Shown here in pieces: positions 20,859 through 30,837 of a stretch of DNA of 63,817 nt. Position numbers and translations under genes: made by a program. The notes under the pieces are model-generated. The model was given only the letters and a program-made list of their open reading frames with translations. It searched no databases and had not been told where the DNA came from. How positions within the stretch are numbered: position 1 is the stretch's first letter; each line of letters starts with the position of its first letter. The stretch spans positions 1-63,817 of the forward strand of contig JAJXZI010000174.1 of NCBI GenBank assembly GCA_021780115.1. The letters are read 5' to 3'. Origin of the DNA: a bacterium (GTDB lineage Bacteria > Verrucomicrobiota > Verrucomicrobiia > Limisphaerales > JAJXZI01).

Positions 20859-21469
20859 TCAGCCGGCGCAGTGTGGCAAAGGGCGGGCCGATTTCCAGCG
20901 CAATTGCGGGCCGGAGAGAACGCCGGGCGCATCTCATTTTCAGAGGGGTCGCCAGGGGGTGAATGGGGGAAGAGCAACGGCCAGCGTCCGTTGCGCCGGA
21001 AAGTTTCCAGGCCCATCAAGGCTTCGCCTCCCACGCCCGGGGCGGCGGCTTCCTCCTCTGGATGCAGGGCGTCGTCGTCGTCCAGTCGCGGGGGGGGGGC
21101 TTGGGTCAAAGGGTTCCCCGGCACAGTCAGACCCAGACCGCCCGTCGGCCACCCCCAGCACTGGGGCCGCTGGCACCAGTCCGTGGCGTTGGGCTTGGGC
21201 AAACAGTTGTTCGCCTAAGGCCTCCACGCCGGGCCGGGTCATCACCGTGCCCCGGCTCCATATCCGGGGCCGGCCGCCCGCGCTGGAGACCCGTTGATCC
21301 CGCCGGCAGCAAGTGCCGCCATAGACCCCAGGCCACCGCTGCGGGCGCGACGGTTCCGGTTGAAAGCGGCTGGGATTGAATTCTTGACGCTTGATGCGAA
21401 GCAACTCACGCGACGCCCATTCCGGAGGACAGTTGACGCGCGCTGTGTTTCCTTCGACTCTGCAGCGCG

Positions 21470-22459
21470 ATGAACCACGTCGAGCGTTTCCGGGCGGTCA
21501 TGGCCTTCCAGCCCGTGGACCGCTGGCCGCGCTGGGAATGGGCCATGTGGTGGGACCAGACCATCGACCGCTGGCACGGCGAGGGCCTGCCGCCGGAGTT
21601 GAAGTTCCACCAGGTCTTCGAGATCGCGCAGCACTTCGGCCTCGACCCGTACCAGCAATTCTGGTTCAGCACCACCGACCCAACCATCGAGGCCACGCAG
21701 CATCACGTCGAAGGCATCGTGGCCAACATGGACGATTACCTCCGCCTCCGGCCGCAGTTGTTTCCGGACCACGGGCCGGCCATCGAGGCGATGCGTCCGT
21801 GGGCGGCGCGGCAGCAGCGCGGCGCGGCGGTGGTGTGGTGTACCTTTGAGGGCTTTTTCTGGTTTGCGCGCACGCTGATGGGCTTCAACCAGCTCATGCT
21901 GGCGTTTTACGACCAGCCGGAACTCATCCACCGGATCAACCAGGATCTACTGGACTTCAACGTGCGCTTGCTGGCGCACCTCTCCCGCGCTTGCGTGCCG
22001 ACATTCCTGACCCTCGCCGAGGACATGTCTTACAACCACGGGCCGATGATCTCGAAGAAGGTCTTCGACGGATTCGTCGCGCCGTACTATCGGCAGTTGG
22101 TCCCGCGGCTGTCGGAACTGGACATCCTGCCCTTCGTGGATACCGATGGCGACGTGACACTGCTGGTACCGTGGCTGGAGGAAGCGGGCGTCGCCGGCGT
22201 CCTCCCCCTGGAGCGGCAGGCGGGCGTGGACGGAGCGACACTGCGCCAGCGATTCCCGAAGGTCCGCCTGGTCGGCCATTTCGACAAGATGACCATGAAC
22301 CAAGGCGAGGCCGCGATGCGCCGCGAGTTCGAGCGCCTCGTGCCGCTGATGCGGAGCGGCGGCTTCATCCCCAGTGTGGACCACCAAACGCCGCCGGGGG
22401 TCTCGCTCGATCAATACCGCTGTTATCTCCGCCTGCTGAAAGAGTACACGGAGCCGTAA
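21470..22459 (+). CDS. uroporphyrinogen-decarboxylase (URO-D/MtaA-like) family protein
   Basis: Size (329 aa) and general pattern fit URO-D-like proteins of unknown substrate: ERFRAVMAFQPVDRWP at the N-terminus, the LAEDMSYNHGPMIS block and an H.TPP block near the C-terminus. The assignment is by resemblance only. Confidence 0.5.
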   Translation: MNHVERFRAVMAFQPVDRWPRWEWAMWWDQTIDRWHGEGLPPELKFHQVFEIAQHFGLDPYQQFWFSTTDPTIEATQHHVEGIVANMDDYLRLRPQLFPDHGPAIEAMRPWAARQQRGAAVVWCTFEGFFWFARTLMGFNQLMLAFYDQPELIHRINQDLLDFNVRLLAHLSRACVPTFLTLAEDMSYNHGPMISKKVFDGFVAPYYRQLVPRLSELDILPFVDTDGDVTLLVPWLEEAGVAGVLPLERQAGVDGATLRQRFPKVRLVGHFDKMTMNQGEAAMRREFERLVPLMRSGGFIPSVDHQTPPGVSLDQYRCYLRLLKEYTEP

Positions 22460-22460
22460 C

Positions 22461-24917
22461 ATGAACCAATTCCTCATCCGGCTCATCCTCGCTGGGATCC
22501 TCGTCGGAGCGCGCGGCGGCGGCGCGGTTGAGACATCGTCCGCCTGGCCGGCCATTACCCTCGCCTCGCCCGGAGGCGTCACGTTGGCCGGGCCGTGGGG
22601 GGAAGCGCTGGAACGCGGCGTGGGGCGCTTGGCCCAGACGCCGTATTCGACCGACTGGCTGCTCGCCGACGTGTCGTTTCAAATCAGCCGCATCTTTACC
22701 AACTACAGCGGCGACGTCTCCGGCCGATTCCTGGAACTGGCCGTCCTGACCAGTCCGCGGGGAAGACTTTCGCCGGCGACGCTGCCGGTCGTGGTTGAAT
22801 CCATTACGCGCTACCAGAAACCCGACGGGCATTTCGGCGTGGACATCGACCTGAACCAACCGCTCAGGCGCAACGCGCCGCCGATCCCGATGCTTTGGGG
22901 CAACGCGCGCCTGCTCGTCGGGTTGGTCACCGCCGCGCGCGAGTTGTCCGATCCCCGGCTGCTGGCCGCGGCCCGGCGGCTGGGCGATTTCTACGTGAAC
23001 ACCGCGGACCAGCTTTGTGCGCCCGAGCGTGAAGCCGAATACCGCGCCAGCGGCAGCGGCGGCGACGGCTACACCTGCTGTTACTTTCCAGCGATGGAGG
23101 GACTGACCCTGCTCTACCGCGCGACGAAGGACGAGCGTTACCTGCGCCAAGCGCGGCGCATGGCGGAATGGTTCCGGAAATTCGACGCCCTGCCCATTGA
23201 CCACAGCCACGGCAACCTGTGCGCTTGGCGTGGCATCTTGGAACTCTACGGAGTCACCGGTGAGCGCGCGTACCTCGACCGGGCCCGTGCCAAGTGGGAC
23301 GCCGCGGTGCGGGGCGGATTCGTCTGGCCGCTCGGCGGAGTCGGGGAACACTGGTACGTCTCTTACACGGGCGATGAAGGCTGCAGTGAATCGGATTGGC
23401 TGCGCTGCAACCTTGATCTGTGGCGCTGGACCGGCACCGCGCGCTACCTTGACATGGCGGAGCGCCTGCTCGAAAACCAATACGCCGCCAACCAATGCTC
23501 CAACGGCGGCTACGGCTGGCGTCCGCTGGAGAGCGAAGCGGCCGGTCCCGTCGCCACGCGCGGCACGGTGGACGAATGGAATTTCTGCTGCAATTTCCAC
23601 GGGCCGCTGGGGCTGCACTGCCTCAAGGCCTACCTCGCCGCCGGTTCCGAAGGCGCCCTCTACGTGAACTTCCCCGCCAGTTTCACCGCGCCGGTCCCGG
23701 CGGGCGGCACGGAATGGCGCGTGATGGCGAAGACAGATTCCGACTTCGCGGCCGGGCAGACGAGGATGGAAATCGAAGTCGCCCCGCGCGAATCCGCCGC
23801 CGCGCGTCCGGTCACGGTTTGGCTGCGCGTGCCGGCGTGGGCGGGCCGGGTGGAGGTCGCCGGCGCGGACGCCGCGCCGCGCGCCGCGGAAAACGGTTAC
23901 TGGGCGCTGAAGCGGGAATGTCGGGCGCGCGCGAAATTCGTCGTCACTTTCCGCGCGGCGCTCGCCGTCGAAGGGCGGCGCTTTCAACCCCTCCGACCGG
24001 AGGCCGGGAAGATTTCCCGCCTGAGCGACGTGTCGCTGGTGCTGGGGCCAAAGCTGCTCTTTGCGTTGGCGCCGGGTCCGGGCCGGGCGAATCTGCTCGC
24101 GACGGTGGACGCCTCCGGCGGACTGCACTTGCTGCGCGACACCGCCGGCAACCTGGCGAGCGTGAATCTGCCCGGCCTGGACGCTGCGGAACCCCAGATC
24201 CTCGCGGCGCTGGAATCGGCCCGGCCCGTGGCGTTGCAACCCTGGTCGGCCTCGATGCGCCAACGCGCCGCCTTCGTCCACAACTTGGTGGTCGTGCCGG
24301 CGGACTTCATTCCCGCCGCGGCCCGTGCTCGCTTCGCCGAGCGGGCGCACGCCGCCACGCTCTTGCCGAACGGGCCATTCTATGGCACGCACCTCGAAAC
24401 CCAGCCAGATCGGTGGCCGGGCGCGAACGGCTGGCAGTTCACGACCAACGGGCTGTGGGTCGCCGGCGGCGACGTCGGCCTGCTCGAGGGCGAAGGCTAC
24501 ACCGATTACCGCTTTGAGTTTGACCTGCAACTGCCGAAGGACGGCGGCGGGATCGCCGGCTGGGTCGTGCGCGCCGCGGGTCCGGGCGACTTGGTGATGT
24601 TCCAATTGCAGAGCGCGGACGCGCCGTACCAGGCGCCGGAATTCAAGACCCGGCCCAACACGCTCCGGCCCCATGTGCGGCGCGGTGGCGCGTGGACCAT
24701 CGCCGAACCGGTACCGTTACCGAAGGAAATCCGCCGCGGCGAGACGCACCACGTCGCCGTCGAGTGCCGCGCCGACCGCGTCGAGGTCTTCCTGGATGGC
24801 GCGCGGATTTGCGCGCAAAGCGATTCCGGCCTGCGGACAGGCACGGTCGGTTTCCGCGCGGCCGGCCCGGCCGAAGCGGGGCTTTACCGCAACGTCACTT
24901 TGCGACGGCTTCCTTGA
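22461..24917 (+). CDS. secreted GH127/DUF1680-like six-hairpin glycosidase-like protein with a C-terminal DUF1080/LamG-like domain
   Basis: It has a signal peptide (MNQFLIRLILAGILVG). Cys/Glu motifs DEGCSESDW and NFCCNFHGP are arranged like the Glu/Cys-Cys zinc site of beta-L-arabinofuranosidase GH127. The C-terminal ~190 aa (GWQF...YTDYRFEFDLQL...GGIAGWVVRA...VAVECRADRVEVFLDG) resemble DUF1080 concanavalin-like domains. The start is 1 nt after the stop of the preceding gene. Confidence 0.5.
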   Translation: MNQFLIRLILAGILVGARGGGAVETSSAWPAITLASPGGVTLAGPWGEALERGVGRLAQTPYSTDWLLADVSFQISRIFTNYSGDVSGRFLELAVLTSPRGRLSPATLPVVVESITRYQKPDGHFGVDIDLNQPLRRNAPPIPMLWGNARLLVGLVTAARELSDPRLLAAARRLGDFYVNTADQLCAPEREAEYRASGSGGDGYTCCYFPAMEGLTLLYRATKDERYLRQARRMAEWFRKFDALPIDHSHGNLCAWRGILELYGVTGERAYLDRARAKWDAAVRGGFVWPLGGVGEHWYVSYTGDEGCSESDWLRCNLDLWRWTGTARYLDMAERLLENQYAANQCSNGGYGWRPLESEAAGPVATRGTVDEWNFCCNFHGPLGLHCLKAYLAAGSEGALYVNFPASFTAPVPAGGTEWRVMAKTDSDFAAGQTRMEIEVAPRESAAARPVTVWLRVPAWAGRVEVAGADAAPRAAENGYWALKRECRARAKFVVTFRAALAVEGRRFQPLRPEAGKISRLSDVSLVLGPKLLFALAPGPGRANLLATVDASGGLHLLRDTAGNLASVNLPGLDAAEPQILAALESARPVALQPWSASMRQRAAFVHNLVVVPADFIPAAARARFAERAHAATLLPNGPFYGTHLETQPDRWPGANGWQFTTNGLWVAGGDVGLLEGEGYTDYRFEFDLQLPKDGGGIAGWVVRAAGPGDLVMFQLQSADAPYQAPEFKTRPNTLRPHVRRGGAWTIAEPVPLPKEIRRGETHHVAVECRADRVEVFLDGARICAQSDSGLRTGTVGFRAAGPAEAGLYRNVTLRRLP

Positions 24918-25034
24918 GGCCGGAACGGGACTGGATCGTCGGCCGGGACCGCCGGAAAGTTGTTCCGCTTCGCCCGTCCTCGCACTAGACTGCGAACGAA
25001 GCGCTCATCATCCCGGCGCATTTACGATTCACCT

Positions 25035-27053
25035 ATGCGACACGCACAACTGGTTCTTGCGAGCTTGCTCTCCGTCGGCTGGGGCTGGTGCGGGCTGCTG
25101 CCCGCGAAGGAATTCACCTTCTACGTTTCCCCCTCCGGAAAGGACGTTTGGTCCGGGCGGCTGTCCCGTCCGACATCCAGTGGACAAGACGGCCCGTTCG
25201 CCTCGGTGTCCGCCGCGATCGAGGCGGCGCGCGCCGCACACCGGAGTGCCGGGGCTGACACGGAGGTGAAAATTCTCCTGCGCGGCGGCACGTACGAGCT
25301 GGCCGCCCCGCTCGTCCTGACGCCCGAGGACTCGGGCCTGACGCTCGCCGCGTACCGCCGCGAAAAGCCGCTCCTCAGTGGCGGCCGGCAGATCACGGGC
25401 TGGCGGCCGGTGACGGGCAAGACCGGCTGGTGGCAGGCCGAAGTGCCGGCCGTGCGCCAGGGCCAATGGTATTTCCGTTCGCTCTTCGTCAACGGGCGGC
25501 GGGCGCAGCGGGCGCGGACCCCGAACGCGGGCTTCTTCCGCATCCAGGGCGCCAGTCCGCAGGGCCACCCGGCGCAGTTCCACTTCCAGCCCGGCGACCT
25601 CAAGAAAGCATGGGCCGCGGCGGGCGACGTGGAAGTGATCGCGCTGCTGGCGTGGGCCGATTTCCGCCTGTTCCTCCGCGACGTGGACGAGGCCCATCAT
25701 GTCGCCACCCTGTCCGCGGACGCCCGGCCCTCCAACCGCGAGAGCGACGCCCGCTATTTCATCGAGAACACCCCCGACGCGCTCGATGCGCCGGGCGAAT
25801 GGTATCTGGACCGCCAGAGCGGCGTGGTGACTTACATCGCGCGGCCGGAGGAGGATCTGGCCAAGGCCGAGGTGATCGCGCCGCGCTTGGAAGACTTGCT
25901 GGAATTCAGGGGCGATTTCGCCGGAAAGAAGCCGGTGCAGCACGTGGTCCTCCGTGGGCTGGCGTTCAGCTACACCGATTGGACGATGCCCGCCGACGGC
26001 TACGCCGACACGCAAGCGGCCGTCGCGATCCGCGGCGACGTGCGCGGCGAAGGCGCGACCGATTGCGCCATCGAAGGCTGCACCTTCACCAAGCTGGCCG
26101 GCTATGCCGTCGAACTCGGCCGCGGCTGCCAGCGCGACAAGATCGTCGGCTGCCAGATGTCCGACCTCGGCGCGGGCGGCGTGCGCATCGGCGAGCCAGG
26201 CCAGCGCGCGGATCCGTTCGAGCAGAACCACAGCCATGCGGTCACCGACAACCACATCCACCACGTCGGGGTCGTCTATCCGCCGGCGGTCGGCGTGTTC
26301 ATTTTGCAGAGCGGCACCAACGTCGTGGCGCACAATGAAATTGACCACCTGTTCTACACCGCTGTTTCCGTCGGCTGGAACTGGGGCTACCAGGAAACGC
26401 CCTGCCGCGAGAACGTCATCGAGTTCAACCACCTCCACGACATCGGCCAGGGCATGCTCAGCGACATGGGCGCGGTCTATTCGCTCGGCATCCAGAAAGG
26501 CACGGTCATCCGCAACAACCTCATCCACGACGTCGAGAGCTTCACCTACGGCGGATGGGGCCTCTACACTGACGAGGGCAGCAGCGACATCGTGTTGGAG
26601 AACAACGTCGTCTATCGCTGCAAGAGCGCCGGCTTCCACCAGCATTACGGCCGGGAAAACGTGGTGCGGAACAACATCTTCGCCTTCAACCGCGAGCACC
26701 AACTCATGCGCACCCGCGACGAGGAACACCTCTCGTTTTTCTTCACGAACAACATCGTCTATTTCAATTCCGGCGACTTGCTGGGCAGCAGTTGGAAGAA
26801 CGACCGCTACGTGATCGACAACAACGTGTACTGGGACGCGCGCCCCGGCTTCCGGCCGGAAGACCTGCGCTTCTCCGGCGCGACGCTGGCGCAATGGCGC
26901 CTGCGGGGACACGATCTCCACGCGCTCATTGCCGACCCGCTGTTCGTTGCGCCGGAGAAATTTGATTTCCGGCTCAAGCGCGGCTCGCCGGCGCCGAAGC
27001 TCGGGTTCCAGCCGATTGATCTGCAAACAGTGGGGGTGCGGAAACCAAGGTAA
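25035..27053 (+). CDS. secreted right-handed parallel beta-helix (PbH1 repeat) protein
   Basis: It has a signal peptide (MRHAQLVLASLLSVGWG), and recurring N-N-x-(I/V) rungs are visible (TDNHIHHV, VAHNEIDH, VIRNNLIHDV, VLENNVVYRC, VVRNNIFAFN, FTNNIVYF), as in pectate-lyase-fold enzymes. Confidence 0.75.
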   Translation: MRHAQLVLASLLSVGWGWCGLLPAKEFTFYVSPSGKDVWSGRLSRPTSSGQDGPFASVSAAIEAARAAHRSAGADTEVKILLRGGTYELAAPLVLTPEDSGLTLAAYRREKPLLSGGRQITGWRPVTGKTGWWQAEVPAVRQGQWYFRSLFVNGRRAQRARTPNAGFFRIQGASPQGHPAQFHFQPGDLKKAWAAAGDVEVIALLAWADFRLFLRDVDEAHHVATLSADARPSNRESDARYFIENTPDALDAPGEWYLDRQSGVVTYIARPEEDLAKAEVIAPRLEDLLEFRGDFAGKKPVQHVVLRGLAFSYTDWTMPADGYADTQAAVAIRGDVRGEGATDCAIEGCTFTKLAGYAVELGRGCQRDKIVGCQMSDLGAGGVRIGEPGQRADPFEQNHSHAVTDNHIHHVGVVYPPAVGVFILQSGTNVVAHNEIDHLFYTAVSVGWNWGYQETPCRENVIEFNHLHDIGQGMLSDMGAVYSLGIQKGTVIRNNLIHDVESFTYGGWGLYTDEGSSDIVLENNVVYRCKSAGFHQHYGRENVVRNNIFAFNREHQLMRTRDEEHLSFFFTNNIVYFNSGDLLGSSWKNDRYVIDNNVYWDARPGFRPEDLRFSGATLAQWRLRGHDLHALIADPLFVAPEKFDFRLKRGSPAPKLGFQPIDLQTVGVRKPR

Positions 27054-27114
27054 ACCGACAACCGACAACCGATGGCCCGCAATTCATCGATAGAGAGATG
27101 CTTCCGGTTGCGGT

Positions 27115-28458
27115 TCACACCTTCTCCGGCAACGTCCACGGTTTGCGCCGCTTGCGGTCGAGGTATTGGTTGGCCTCTTGGTCGTCCGGGAAGATTTCCC
27201 TCACCGGGTCCCACTTCAGCCGGCGGCCGGTCCAGCGGGCGATGTTGCCGAGATGGCAGACCGTCGCCGAGCGATGGCCGATCTCCACGTCGGCAAGCGG
27301 TTTCTCGCGGCTCCTGATGCAGTCCAGCCAGTTCTTGACGTGGTTGTCGTTGAAGCCGCGCGGCCGTTTGCTCAGCGCCTCCAGCGCGAGGTCTTCCGGG
27401 TCGGAATCGCAGTGGCCACGGGTGATGGTGACCTTGCCGTTCTCGCCAATGAACGTCGCCCCGCCCATCAGCGAACTTGTCGTGCCGGCCAGTTCCATGA
27501 CCGCGCCGTTGGGGTAGCGCATGAAGACCGTCGGCACACGGCAAATCGTGTCGCCGCGATCCTTCGGCTCGGACGCGGTGTAGGTGGGGGGATCGAACTT
27601 CGGCCCCTCGGTCCAGATTTCGACGGGGCCACTGTCGTCCATGCCCAGCGCCCATTGCACCTGATCGAAGCCGTGCGCGCCCCAGCCGGTCATCTCGCCG
27701 CCGGAGTAGGGCCGGAACGAGAGCCAGCCTGGATTCGCGCGCGGCAGGTAGAGGTCCTTGTTGTAAGGCACGAGTGGATTCGGGCCGCACCACATTTCCC
27801 AATCGAGGCCGTCGGGGACTTTTTCCCCCGGCAGGCCGTAGTTCCACGGGGTGGGATAGTTGTAGGCGATGATGCGCGTGACCTTGCCGAGGCCGCCGTC
27901 GCGGATGAGCTTACAACCGGCGACGTTGGCCCACATCGAACGCTGCTGGCTGCCGGTCTGGAGTACGCGCTGGTACTTGCGCACCGCCTCGACCATCAGT
28001 CGTCCCTCGCGGATGGTCAGGCTCATCGGCTTCTCCACGTAAAGGTCTTTGCCGGCCTGGCAGGACTGGATGACGATCGGTCCGCGCCAGTGCTCCGGCG
28101 TGGCGGTGAGGACGGCGTCAACATCCCTGCGGTCGAGCAACTGGCGAAAATCCTTCATGGCCACCGCGCCGTGTTTGGCGGCGGCGGCTTGGGCGCGATT
28201 CAAGTTCACATCCGCCACGGCGACGAACTTCGCCTGCGGCAGCCGGAGCAGAATTTCGAGATCATTGGTCGCCTGCCGGCCGATGCCGACGAAGCCGACG
28301 CCGATGCGGTCGTTGGCTCCCGGCTGGCCGTTGGCGGCCAAAACACCGGAGGGAAGAAGTTGCGGCAGGGCCGCGCCACCAGCGGCGGCGACGGCCGTGC
28401 GGCGAAGGAACTGTCGGCGGGTGAGAGCGGCGGCAAGACTCACGGTTGGTGCTTTCAT
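27115..28458 (-). CDS. Gfo/Idh/MocA-family oxidoreductase with Tat signal
   Basis: The twin-arginine signal reads TRRQFLRRTAVAAAGGAAL. The Rossmann start is IGVGFVGIGRQATNDL and the EKP motif is LYVEKPM. Confidence 0.85.
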   Translation of the reverse strand: MKAPTVSLAAALTRRQFLRRTAVAAAGGAALPQLLPSGVLAANGQPGANDRIGVGFVGIGRQATNDLEILLRLPQAKFVAVADVNLNRAQAAAAKHGAVAMKDFRQLLDRRDVDAVLTATPEHWRGPIVIQSCQAGKDLYVEKPMSLTIREGRLMVEAVRKYQRVLQTGSQQRSMWANVAGCKLIRDGGLGKVTRIIAYNYPTPWNYGLPGEKVPDGLDWEMWCGPNPLVPYNKDLYLPRANPGWLSFRPYSGGEMTGWGAHGFDQVQWALGMDDSGPVEIWTEGPKFDPPTYTASEPKDRGDTICRVPTVFMRYPNGAVMELAGTTSSLMGGATFIGENGKVTITRGHCDSDPEDLALEALSKRPRGFNDNHVKNWLDCIRSREKPLADVEIGHRSATVCHLGNIARWTGRRLKWDPVREIFPDDQEANQYLDRKRRKPWTLPEKV

Positions 28459-28707
28459 GTGTCGGGTTGATCGGCTGGCCGGCTGGTTGCAAGTGGGCCG
28501 GACGGCGTTTCGTTACGCGGCCCAGCTTGCGCCTTCGGACGGCGTCCCTTCAAGCGGAAACCAGCCCGCCGCCGCGGCCGGCGGCTTCCGCTATTCCTCG
28601 CCGCCTCTGCCCGTGCGCACCGGGATTGGGCTTGCCGCTTCCGGCGCTTGTTGCGAACGTGCGCCGCTGTTTCCATCAGTCCGATTGGATGCGGTCTGGT
28701 TCCAAGC

Positions 28708-30804
28708 ATGAAGCTCAGGCGGTCGATTCTCAACGCGGCGGGGGCGGTGGTGCTGGCGGCTCTGGGCGCCACGGGGCGCGCCGCCGGTGCCCCGGCCAGT
28801 GGCGGCCCCTCGGCGGGCGGCGTCCAGGCGCGCATCGAGGCCGAGGCGCAGGCGCTGGCGTGGGCCGACATCGAACGCGCGGTGAACGCGGTCTATCCGG
28901 CGCTGGTGCGCATCCAGGTTGTCGTCGAGGAGGGCGAGGAGGGGCGGATGCAAAAGCGCCGCGCCACCGGCAGCGGCACGATCATTTCGAAGGACGGCTA
29001 CATTCTCACCAATCACCACGTCGCCGGCCGGGCCACGCGCATCACGGTGCGGCTGGCCAACCGGGAGGAACTGGACGCCGAGCTGGTGGGCAGTGACGCG
29101 TTGAGCGACCTGGCGGTGCTGAAGATTGATCCGGCCGCGCGCCGTGATCCCAGTGCGCCGCTGCCGTTTGCCCGGTTCGGCGACTCGGACCGGCTCAAGA
29201 TCGGCGACCCGGTGCTGGCGATGGGCTGCCCGGCCGGCCTGTCCCAATCCGTGACCAAGGGCATCGTGGCCAACACGACGATGATCGCGCCGGGCGGCTC
29301 GGCCGGGTTGGTGCTGGACGGCGAAACGGTGGGCGAGTTGGTGCGCTGGATCGGCCACGACGCGGTGATTTACCCGGGCAACAGCGGCGGGCCGCTGGTA
29401 AATCTGGACGGCGAGATCGTGGGCGTGAACGAGATCGGCATCGGCAGCCTGGGCGGCGCCATTCCCAGCAACCTGGCCCAAAGCGTGGCCAAGGAACTCA
29501 TCGCCAAGGGCCGCGTGTGGCGGAGCTGGATCGGTCTGGAAGTGCAGCCGTTGCTCAAAAAAATGACGAACGCGCACGGCATCCTCGTGGCCGACGTGCT
29601 GCCCGACAGCCCGGCCCAGGACGCTGGCCTGAAGCCCGGCGATCTCGTTACTGTTTACGGCGGTACACGGGTGGCCGACACCCGCGCGCCGGAGGAAGTG
29701 CCGCTCTTCAACCGCTTGGTGCTGGCCACGCCCGTGGGCGTGCCGGTCACGCTCCAGGGCGTCCGCGACGGCCAGTCGATGAGCTGGCGGCTGGTGACGG
29801 TGACACGCGAGCCGAAGCGCGCCCGGGAAGTGGAGTTTAAGTCGTGGGGCCTGACGGTGCGGGATTTCACGCGGGTGTCGGCGCTGGAGAACCAGCGCAC
29901 CAATCTGACCGGCGTGCTGGTGGACACCGTGCGGCCGGGGGGACCTTGCGCCGAATGCCAACCGCCGTTGAGAAGGGATGACATCGTCACGAAGGCCGGC
30001 GGCTGGGAGATTCTCAACGTCAAGGCGATGGATGAGTTGACCCGGCAACTGACCAAAGGCGCGACGGAGCCCAGGGCGGTGTTGATCACGTTTGAACGCG
30101 ACGCGCAGGAGTTGGTGACCGTGGCGCAGATTGGGCCGGAGCCGCAGGACGAAAAGTCGGCGCGGCCTGCCAAGGCCTGGCTGGGCGTCCAGACGCAGGT
30201 GCTCACCAGCGAAGTGGCGCGGGCGCTCCAGCTCGAAGGCCGGAAAGGCGTCCGCGTGACGGAGGTGCTGCCGGATTCGCCCGCCGCGAGGGCCGGCGTG
30301 AAAGTCGGCGACGTTTTCCTGAAGCTCGACGGGCAGGTGATTGCCGCCAGCACGCCTAGCGATCAGGAATTGTTCGAGAACTTGATCCGCGCTTACAAAG
30401 TGGGCGGCGCCGCGGAACTGGAAGGGGTGCGCGCGGGCCAGCCGCTCAAGCTCACCGCCACGCTGGGGCGTCAGCCCAAGTCGAGCGTCGAACTGCCGGA
30501 ATACAAGGACGACCGGTTCGAGTTCACCGCGCGGGAGATGTCGCTCGGCGACCGGGTCGAGGAGAAAATGACCCCGGACGCGAGCGGCCTGCGCATCAGC
30601 ACCGTGCAGAACGGCGGCTGGGCGGCGCTGGCCGGGCTGAGTTCCGGCGACATCCTGCTCGCGATGGATGGCCAGCCGGTCACGACCATCGGCGCGTTCC
30701 GGGAAACGCTGCTCAAGTTCCGCGAGACCAAACCACGTCGAGTGGTCTGCTTCGTCAAGCGCGGCATCCACACCTTTTTCACTGAGATTGAACCGAAGTG
30801 GTAG
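28708..30804 (+). CDS. HtrA/DegP-family serine protease with multiple PDZ domains
   Basis: It has a signal peptide. The catalytic triad contexts are TNHHVAG, SDLAVLKI and GNSGGPLVNLDGEIVGVN. At least three PDZ-like segments follow (GILVADVLPDSPA.., GVLVDTVRPGGP.., GVRVTEVLPDSPAARAGVKVGD.., GLRISTVQNGGWAALAGLSSGD). Confidence 0.9.
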   Translation: MKLRRSILNAAGAVVLAALGATGRAAGAPASGGPSAGGVQARIEAEAQALAWADIERAVNAVYPALVRIQVVVEEGEEGRMQKRRATGSGTIISKDGYILTNHHVAGRATRITVRLANREELDAELVGSDALSDLAVLKIDPAARRDPSAPLPFARFGDSDRLKIGDPVLAMGCPAGLSQSVTKGIVANTTMIAPGGSAGLVLDGETVGELVRWIGHDAVIYPGNSGGPLVNLDGEIVGVNEIGIGSLGGAIPSNLAQSVAKELIAKGRVWRSWIGLEVQPLLKKMTNAHGILVADVLPDSPAQDAGLKPGDLVTVYGGTRVADTRAPEEVPLFNRLVLATPVGVPVTLQGVRDGQSMSWRLVTVTREPKRAREVEFKSWGLTVRDFTRVSALENQRTNLTGVLVDTVRPGGPCAECQPPLRRDDIVTKAGGWEILNVKAMDELTRQLTKGATEPRAVLITFERDAQELVTVAQIGPEPQDEKSARPAKAWLGVQTQVLTSEVARALQLEGRKGVRVTEVLPDSPAARAGVKVGDVFLKLDGQVIAASTPSDQELFENLIRAYKVGGAAELEGVRAGQPLKLTATLGRQPKSSVELPEYKDDRFEFTAREMSLGDRVEEKMTPDASGLRISTVQNGGWAALAGLSSGDILLAMDGQPVTTIGAFRETLLKFRETKPRRVVCFVKRGIHTFFTEIEPKW

Positions 30805-30837
30805 GATTCCATCTAAACCCCCGTCATCCCTGAACGC

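Noticed and set aside
18750-21218. An 822-aa plus-strand ORF spanning the lpxL-like and lpxK genes. Similar very long ORFs lie opposite well-supported genes: 1965..3350(+), 7439..8809(-), 8947..10275(-), 12239..13996(-), 22365..24674(-), 25029..27068(-), 27166..28470(+), 28591..31449(-), 32072..33646(-), 35134..36255(-), 40437..42167(-), 43651..45891(-), 48039..50600(-), 54890..56140(+), 57035..58906(+) and 59111..60448(+).
   Set aside because: These are antisense shadow ORFs typical of high-GC DNA. They are extremely rich in Arg/Ala/Gly/Pro/His and have no recognisable motifs. Each lies opposite a gene with clear family signatures.
20801-21404. Two overlapping minus-strand ORFs upstream of lpxK, considered as a possible real gene (for example a kdtA/msbA-type neighbour).
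   Set aside because: They show no family motifs and have low-complexity composition. One would overlap lpxK by ~57 nt. They are kept only as context for the G10 tract finding.
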